From: Tubiluchus corallicola
Taxonomy: Eukaryota; Animalia; Priapulida
Direction: 5' to 3'
Length of the DNA: 64,000 nucleotides
Assembly (NCBI GenBank): GCA_030141605.1
Contig: JAQGDQ010000568.1
Location: 1 to 64,000 of the forward strand
A program made the translations under genes and the position numbers. Shown one piece after another: positions 54,700-64,000 of this stretch (position 1 is the first letter of the stretch; each line of letters begins with the position of its first letter). The notes beneath the pieces are model-generated. The model was not told the DNA's origin. It did not search any database and saw nothing but the letters and a program-made list of their open reading frames with translations.

Positions 54700-54810
54700 G
54701 ATTTGCAACAATCTACCGCCCCCTAGTAAGCGCTTTCAGCCATTCAGAGTCAGACGCTCCGCCCACTGCTGATAGTTAACGGATAGAAAACCAATCAGCT
54801 TTCGTGGTCA
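54700..54810 (-). promoter_or_regulatory. Probable FoxG proximal promoter (two GC boxes and a CCAAT box)
   Basis: CCGCCC at ~54716 and ~54759, and AACCAATCAG at 54789-54798, 130-220 bp upstream of the ATG in otherwise AT-rich DNA. Confidence 0.55.
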
Positions 54811-55017
54811 AACTGTGAGCATTTTGCTGTTACAAGTAGCAATTCTGCGTGGTAAATATTTCAGGCGTTTGTGCATTTTATATGAATGAACATTACGTTG
54901 TTAAGTTTGCGAAAAAACCACATGAAATATTGATAATTCGAAAAAGAAAGCATACTTAGGCCTTAGAAATTGGGACTGAAAGTTATTCTTTTAAACAAAA
55001 CCCAGTAATATGACTTC

Positions 55018-55352
<335 letters not shown>

Positions 55353-55448
55353 ACGAAATATCAATAACTAACCACCAAATTAGTCGTGAGGTGAATTCCT
55401 CGTTAGAATGTTGGAATTTTTTTCATTACGGGAGCATTGTTCTTGTAA

Positions 55449-56204
55449 TTAAAAGAAAACAGATGATTTTTCATATCCTAAGTTTACATTTTAATACCTA
55501 TAATAATGTCAAGTTTTTGATAATTAAATAGTAAGTTAAAAACTTAATTAACACTGAACGAATCACAAGTGAATACAATTCTCAACAGCAAAAATATTCC
55601 ATAGGCGTGTGTGTTGCGCGTGTTCGTGAAAGCGAAAATTGAAGTACAGTGCTAATGTAAGAGATCCATTGTGTAGTACTAAAACTCGACAAGTTTTAAG
55701 ATAAATATTCAAATTTCAAACTTACCGCTGTGCTCACGCATGAACTGTCGAACGTGTGTAGTTCATTAGAACTAACACATCAGAACTGAGAGGTACAGCA
55801 CCTGTTTTTATGCAATATTCTGCAACATTATGCAATAATGTGATACACAAAAATTCTGCAAATTTTAAATTTGAAATTCAAACTTCCAGTTTGCCGTTGT
55901 GCTCACTCATGACCTCTGGAACGTGTGCACTACGTCACAACTGTACAGCTCTCAAATGAAAGGTACGGTTCTTGTTTTTTTTGCAACTCTTTTCTGAGAC
56001 ACAAGCTCTATTGCTCATTTAGCTAGCAAACGGCGAAATGCATGTATCAGCGAAGAAATAGCCGCGCGAACGCGAAATTGCGTTTCTGTGGTAATAATTC
56101 TTTGGCAAAAGTCATTCAAGAAAAAATAATATGTTCCCCTTCAATATCTTACAGGGTATATTGTTTTGAGCTATAATTTAAGATTGGGCCCAGTTTCCCT
56201 TTAA
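55449..56204 (+). mobile_element. Kolobok/T2-like MITE family A, full length with an internal duplication
   Basis: TTAA|AAGAAAACAGATGATTTTTCA ... GGGCCCAGTTTCCCT|TTAA. The segment 55700-55815 is repeated at ~55870-55990. Confidence 0.85.
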
Positions 56205-56729
56205 CGAAACTGTTGACAATTTGAAGAGCTATAGATGCATGTCAAAATGATTTACCATCCATGGCATGTTGTTCACGTGTTGCGCACTTAAGAGCCAACA
56301 TGGTAGCATAAATTTTCCGAAATGCAAACAACAAGCAGCAACACTCTTAAACAGCTCAGAAATAAGTGATCGGGAGGGTCGTAAAAGAAGGGAAAAGTGC
56401 GTAACACGGCGTTATTAGCAGTTAATTACGACTCCTACTTGACTTCCACGCGTGTAGCGTGTTTAGCGTATCTTCGGGTATTTATTTACGCGCGTAAAAC
56501 TGTTTATTGGACAACTTACGCCAACCCTGCAGATAAACAATGTGCCCGCTTTACGTGCCATAGCAGATGAAGCCATGTCATGCAAGTCACCAGAATCGTG
56601 CTTCACTGAAAAGTTATTTACTTCGTACGTAAAGTTTTTTGGAACATAGTTTGAAATTGCCTATTCTTGCTCTTTAACAAGAGGAATATCCAAGGGAAAA
56701 GTTACATCCAACCGCCCGCTAAATCTTTT

Positions 56730-57095
56730 TAAAGAAAAAGAAAAGGCAATTTTAAGCTACGTACCATACAGAAAACTTGCCATACAAGATTATATTACAT
56801 TGCACTGCGCTTATCTGTTATGTAAGACTGTATTCTGAAAGACTTATGTAACTACAAAAAAAATTCTTAGTAATTTGAAATATTCCCGCCAACTGGTAAA
56901 ATGTCACTGACTCACCTTCCCAGTGTGCACCACTGATTCACCAAAGAACATTATTGACAAGATAGAGTAATTTAAACTTTCTCTTACTTAGCGAAGAGTG
57001 TGCTACGAATTATTTTTGCGAACTTAATGCCAGTGCTATCTAGACTCGTTTCGAACTACATACTGTTAAAACGGCTGCGCCTAATGGTCACCACG
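56730..57095 (+). mobile_element. Repeat family B copy
   Basis: CCCAGTGTGCACCACTGATTCACCA is identical to the copy at 5026-5050; also GGCTGCGCCTA. Confidence 0.7.
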
Positions 57096-58039
57096 TCGAA
57101 CTAATTATTAATGTCAATTTTAATAATTACTGTTAATTAATGAGAGTCAATATTGCGCTGTATAAGAGTGCCGTCGGTACATAATCAAATTCTGTTCAGG
57201 TAGCCAATCAGATGGCCAAAAATCAGCGAGAAGCCACTTAACCAACCGATCGACCAATCAACCTATCAGCCATTTTTTCACCGTTATATGTTTTAATCAA
57301 GCAGACAAATATTTTTTAAATCTTTATTAGACAAACACGAAACGGACGAAAAAGTAAAATTACTGATGACATATTATGACTGTCTAATATATATGATTGT
57401 ATATTGAACGCCCAATGTCCCAATGTCCACAAATGGCCCATCTTGGTGGGGAAGCGGAAACGAAATTACGCCGGCACACGCCCCGTTGTCCCTCTCGCTC
57501 GTCCCCCCGCAGCGATTATGAATATGATTACAGATACATAGGTGTCGCATGTGTTGCTACGGTAATTAGCGCGCTGGGACCACTAATGAGCCGAACAAAT
57601 CGGCCCGCTGCACAGCCCAGCGGTTCGTGCTTGCAAAATACCTTCGCCCGACTGATTATTTTTGCTCTCCACTGGGAAACGTGATCGTGGCGAATTGAGG
57701 AGTATTTGCCGATACTGATTTGGCAAATTTGTGCAATTAGGGACTCATTACCCGACTGTGTTTTACAGCCGATCAAACTACCTGGGGAGCCGGACGGCTG
57801 GAGAACTAACGAATGGTTTGGGCTTTGTTAGTCACAGCGCGTGGAAACATTGGCATTAATTCGACACAATATTTGTAGCTTTATTTCCAACCTAATTTGT
57901 GCTTACCGTACACACGCAGTTTTTGCGTGAGCGCTTCGGAGACGTGACTGATAAACCCATTAAGGTAACTTGCCTAACTATAATGTAATGATGAAATTTA
58001 GGTATTCGATTAAACGGGAGCCTCAATTAGATAATAAAT

Positions 58040-58600
<561 letters not shown>

Positions 58601-58842
58601 AGAATAATAATAATGATAACTTCATTTAGGACGTAGTCCAGGGATAACACCTTAAGTAACTTAATACTTAAGTAGCTACCAGTGAGCTACGTCATCCGAT
58701 CGGTAATGAAGTTAGACGTTAGCAGAAAGTTTACTGAAATTAAAGTTTACTGAAGTCAGTCTTGCGTTCTGATGTTTGTGTAGACTGCCCCAGCGACCCG
58801 TCACTATCATCAAAGTCTGAAAGTGTGGACTCAGTATATTAT

Positions 58843-59422
58843 ATATTGTATTGTATTGTATTGTATTGTATTGTATTGTATTGTATTGTATTGTATTGTA
58901 TTGTATTGTATTGTATTGTATTGTATTGTATTGTATTGTATTGTATTGTATTGTATTGCATAGCGTTGCGTTGCGTTGCGTTGCGTTGCATTGCGTTGCA
59001 TTGCATTACATTACATTACATTACATTACATTACATTACATTACATTACATTACATTACATTACATTACATTACATTATATTATATTATATTATATTATA
59101 TTATATTATATTATATTATATTATATTATATTATATTATATTATATTATATTATATTATATTATATTATATTATATTATATACATCACATCACATCACAT
59201 CACATCACATCACATCACATCACATCACATCACATCACATCACATCACATCACATCACATCACATCACATCACATTACATTACATTACATTACATTACAT
59301 TACATTACATTACATTACATTATATTATATTATATTATATTATATTATATTATATTATATTATATTATATTATATTATATTATATTATATTATATTATAT
59401 TATATTATATTACATTATATTA
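58843..59422. repeat. Compound pentanucleotide microsatellite (TTGTA/TTGCG/TTGCA/TTACA/TTATA/TCACA/TTACA/TTATA)
   Basis: Read directly. Confidence 0.98.
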
Positions 59423-60436
59423 TGTATTATATTCAATTTGTATTAAATCGATATTAAATTTATCAGATTTTGGCCTCATTACACATCACTGCTCTTCATT
59501 AGTTCAATTTGAAAACTCCAATATGATAATGATTTTGTAAAATCAATACAGTCTTAATACGATCACAGATTTCCACTAAATTACCACACGGTATGAACCA
59601 TTTATACAACCATTTAGACGTAAAGTGCAGTAATTGATTAGGTTTAGCGATAATATTCGTTATTTGAGTTTTTTGATGTCTAACAAGAAGAATTTTATGT
59701 ATTTTTTGTCATCTATAGGCATATTTGCTCTATAGATGCATTCCATACTCAAACTTAAACCAATAAGTTAACCTATTTTTGAAACATTTATCTTGATCTA
59801 TGTACCACCCACGGGCTTTGACTTAATTTAGCAAAATTTTCAAAATTAAAAATAACAATAATAATGCAATTTAATAACACATCACTGGACGAGTAAGTGT
59901 GAACCCTTGAGGCAACACAGGTGTGAAAATGGACTTATCAGAAATCGCAGTAATTCGTTGATTCGTCAGACCACACTAGAGGATGCATTACCTCTGATGG
60001 CAGTACACATGTCAGCGTGTTTGTAAAGCCAGCACACACCCAGAAGGTAAACCGAACGCCATTGTGGAACAACAGGAACGGAATTTGGAAAACAATGAGT
60101 TAACTCCATTCTCCAACACCTGTAGCAGCGTTATCAGCTGGATCAGCTCGAGCTGCAAACTGTGCATTGAAAGCAGAGGGCAAGAGCGTTCAATGGCGCT
60201 TTTTAACGTTTAAATTTGCGAGAAATATTTTCACTTCACACACCTGAGGTGGTCGAGATAGCGATCTTCATCGCATAACAGCTTAAATACCCACGGAAAG
60301 AAAAATAAGTGAGCTAGCTTTACTGGTGCGAGTTTACAAACTGTGCCTTAGTTGGGAAATAATCGGAAGTTTAAATACTTTTCACAACTGAATCCGTCGC
60401 TTCATTAGTCAGTCCAGTTAGTCGGTTGGTCGGTTG

Positions 60437-60732
60437 GTCAGTCTATTGCCGCTAAAGCAGTCAAGCAATTAAATCACTCAGTCAGGTGCCAACCAGCTAG
60501 TGAAATGGCCCTAGAAAGCAACCAGCTAGCCAACCTAGCAACTAGTCAACGAACTAAACAGGCAGCAAACATGCAAGTTGGTTACGTCGGTTAGTCAGTC
60601 CATTGCCGCTAAAATTAAATCATTCAGTAAGGTGCCAACCAGCTAGTGAAATGACCCTAGAAAGCAACCAGTTAGCCAACCTAGCAAGTAGTCAACGAAC
60701 CAAACAAGCAGCAAATATTCAAGTTGGTTAAC
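60437..60732. repeat. Tandem ~150-bp duplication
   Basis: GTCAGTC(T/C)ATTGCCGCTAAA...GGTGCCAACCAGCTAGTGAAATG...CAAGTTGGTTA occurs twice. Confidence 0.9.
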
Positions 60733-61611
60733 TGGTCTGTTAGTCAGTCAGTCGGTTAGCCTACAATCAGTCAGTCGATCAATCGATGAACCTAAGATTG
60801 CAGTAAAATATTTGTATTAATAAAGTATTTGTTTCGAGTGGCACTTTTATATTAGTCTCCTAATTAAGTCTGCTAACTATTTTACATGTATCAGTTGAAC
60901 AGTGAACATTGTGATCAGTGAACAGTGAATGAACAGCAGTGAACAGTGGTTGCGCATCAATCGACCAGAGGAAGTATCAGTTAAAGGATGTTGATTCCAG
61001 ACATCCGTCTAAATAAACCAAACCTATCAAATCGTTCCCCTGAGCAAATGCCTCTTTAATACACGTGGATGTATGCTGGAATAATCCCTAGCATGGGAGA
61101 CCATCCAAAAAGCATTAGCGGGAAAAGTCCCTCTTTTGCTGAGACAGAAATCTTATACTAACCATTACGATTAATACATATTTAGATTTTTAGCATAGAG
61201 TTGTTTACTATATTTTGCTGATAAGTTATGCCATTTATAATGTATAAAATGCAAATTAAAATCAAATTTACACTTTAACTGCATTGTACACTTACATGCA
61301 TATTATTTTTGGATGACAAACCTATCAGTACCAACGTGCAACGTCGTATAGTAGACAATTGTTTAGTTTTGTTCGCTTTAGTTCAATGAAACTTTAATGT
61401 TAATTGAATAATATGAGATTATGCCAAAAAAACTTGCCGACGTTTTGATCACGATGTTAAAGGGAAGAAAATAACTGAATAGATTGGTAATTACCACATT
61501 GACGTTTACAGACTTTATGCATGTAAACAAGCACCAAGTTTTTGTGTGATCACACCTTACAGTTTTGAAGCCGGCGTATACCACATTAAGATAATTTTCT
61601 TATGTTGGCAG

Positions 61612-62710
61612 CGAGGCTGTCAGTACAGTATGATACTGAAGTACTTCGTACCTTTGCAAAATACCGTGCTTGCAAAATTGAATCGTACCGTAATTTCCTA
61701 CCAACCTGCGTACCAAGTTTACGTGAGATCTACTATATGAGTGGCATAGAATTAATTGTAATCTTCATTAGTTTATCAGCTCCATACTATTTCATAGCAA
61801 AGACGTAAAATACTCAAAGTAATTTACGGGAAATGGCAACTAGCGCTTCTAAACAACTTGACTATTTTGTACCCAAAAAAGAACTAATCTTCGTGGCTAG
61901 TAGTAACATAACTGTTTTGTTTGCGCGTGCTGTCTTAATTGGGGGGAAACAATAAGTCTATCCATCAGCAAAACAAGTCACGTTCAGGTGCTGAGCAATG
62001 AAGATGCTACAAGAAGCTGAGGAAAATGGTTCGAAATGGCAATACTGTAATTCCGTATCATACTTTTAAAGCAAAACCGGACTCAATCTTTGACGCTAAG
62101 TCAAAACAACCTACTCCTTAAAATACTGAAAGGAAACATACTATTTTTTCAAAAATGACTTACGTGGAAGAATTATTACCACACAAACACAGTTTCACGT
62201 TCGCGCCATTAGTTCTTTGCTGTTACATGCATTTCGCCATTCGCTAGTTAAACGGGCACTAAAAAACAGCATTTTTTGGAAGCAAAAAACAGGTGCTGTA
62301 CCTGTCAGTTCAGATGTGTTAGTTTGCGAGGATCTACGCATGTTCGACAGTTCATGCGTGACCACAGTGGTAAATTTGAAATTTGCAATAGTACAACACA
62401 CTGAATAACTTACAATAGCACTATACTTCAATTTTCGCTTTCGCAAACACGAGCAACGCGTCCGTGGAATATTTTTGCTGTTAAAAATTACCTTAATTTG
62501 TGACGTCATCAATAGTTAGGCTTGCCCATTGTTAATTAAGTTTCTAATCTATTATGCAATTATCAGAAACGTTTTTGCAGTATTAATTGTATTAAAATGT
62601 GTACTTTTATCTTGCTTGAAAATGGGATAGTATATGAAAAATCATCCATTACTTTTATCATTTTTACCATGCCGTAATTTCGTACCTTACCCTACGATAC
62701 TGCCAGTCGG
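61612..62710 (-). mobile_element. Diverged second copy of the hAT-like MITE, interrupted by a Kolobok-like MITE
   Basis: Begins GAGGCTGTCAGTAC and ends ATACTGCCAGTC. 61910-62000 is reverse-complement-similar to ~8610-8690. Confidence 0.65.
62066..62655 (-). mobile_element. Kolobok/T2-like MITE family A
   Basis: TTAA|AGCAAAACCGG start; reverse-complement similarity to 51618-52251 throughout. Confidence 0.85.
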
Positions 62711-63872
62711 GTATTTCCGAACTGACGAATTTACTATTTAGTAATCAGAATGATCGTGGAATGCACTGAAGGTCAAAGTCAAAGTTCCCAGGCAGGTCTT
62801 AAAATACCTCAGTATCTGCCACTAATGACTGCTCCGAGCGTTAATTCATGTTATTCAAATCGAGTGTTTTCGTTTCACAGACCTAACAATTATCACCATT
62901 TAACGAAATTTCTGAAATTTGATGGACTTGACTTAGCCAGCTTATGGCGTTCTTTAGCTGAAGTGGCCCGGCGAAATGCAACTGGTGAGAATCGTCCAAA
63001 GTAAACAGTCACAAAACTCGGCAACACTTTTGGCTGCCACTTCTTCTATTGGGGGGCTGAAGTGTGCCATTGTATGGTTGTATAGGACCGCACCAGGACA
63101 CGAAAAGTTGAGCAGTGTTGTGTTCACAAGGTAAACAATGGCCTGACATCTAGAGTTCAGAGCAGTCTGCATTACTGCCAAATGACCAGAGTACTTGAAA
63201 TTCCTTCAAGTACTCCAAGAGGTTGGCAAAAATGAAGTGGTTTTAGTGATGGCAGAGCTGAAAGCAGACGGGGCGGGGGGGGGGAGTACGTGAGAGAACC
63301 AGCCCGGTTTCATGTCATCAAAAAATCAATAATTTTAGCACATTATGTAGTTTCAATCGTTTATATTTTTAAATTCTTCATTAGTCTACAATTTCAATCG
63401 TCTATATCTTCAAACTGCAATCCTAGATTGCAGATTCCTTGGTACTTGAACTGGCGTTAGCGAATTAGTGATCGTCTCTGCACTTCTGTCCGCCTCCGGA
63501 GGGGGTCGTAGCAGGAAAACATAAGCAAATCATCTTCCCGCGACTAACACTGGCTCTTCAGTTTGGTAACATAATAGGTTTTGTTTGTGGAAGGAATGTG
63601 TGTATTCGGGATGTGAGATATAAAGACCATTAAAATCAGTGACAAATTCCGAAAATGAGGTTTTTTAATTTATTTAGATACTGCGTATAACTAGCACTAA
63701 TTACTAAAATTTTTAGTAATTATTAGTTATTAATTAATAACTTTTTGAACCAATAAACAACGAATAAGAAACAAAGATATAGAGGAAGTGACGAAGCAAG
63801 GAAGGAAGGAGGAAACAGAGGAGTAAATGATGGAAAACATGTATTAACGAATTACTATGATGAAATAGGTAT

Positions 63873-64000
63873 CTGAATGAATGAGTAAATGAATGGCTGT
63901 ATGAATGAATGAATGAATGAATGAATGAATGAGTGTATGAATGAATGAATGAATGAATGAATGAATGAATGAATGAATGAATGAATGAATGAATGAATGA
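63873..64000. repeat. (GAAT)n microsatellite running off the window end
   Basis: Read directly. Confidence 0.97.

Overview
AT-rich, repeat-dense animal genomic DNA, probably a lophotrochozoan (inferred from a 5S-derived sequence resembling mollusc/annelid 5S rRNA). It is not prokaryotic. The only convincing host gene is an intronless FoxG (BF-1/sloppy-paired class) forkhead gene on the minus strand (ATG 54580, stop 53423), set in an apparent gene desert. The rest is mobile-element debris and tandem repeats: TTAA-flanked Kolobok/T2-like MITE families, hAT-like and Tc1/mariner/pogo-like elements, 3' remnants of at least three LINE types, tRNA-derived SINE heads, 38-44 bp minisatellites and long compound microsatellites. 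The most notable observations are: (1) a TSD-bounded retroposon made of a 5S rRNA head, an RTE-like body and an (AAC)n tail, a candidate new SINE3-type family with a second 5'-truncated copy; (2) head-to-head palindromic elements carrying minimal hammerhead-ribozyme-like motifs (Penelope-like), one of which has spawned a 44-bp satellite at its inversion junction; (3) candidate FoxG regulatory sequence, including homeodomain/Fox motif clusters, a tandem trio of CTCF-like sites and a miR-183/263-family 8mer in the 3'UTR. All calls were made by eye; boundaries of degenerate repeats are approximate.
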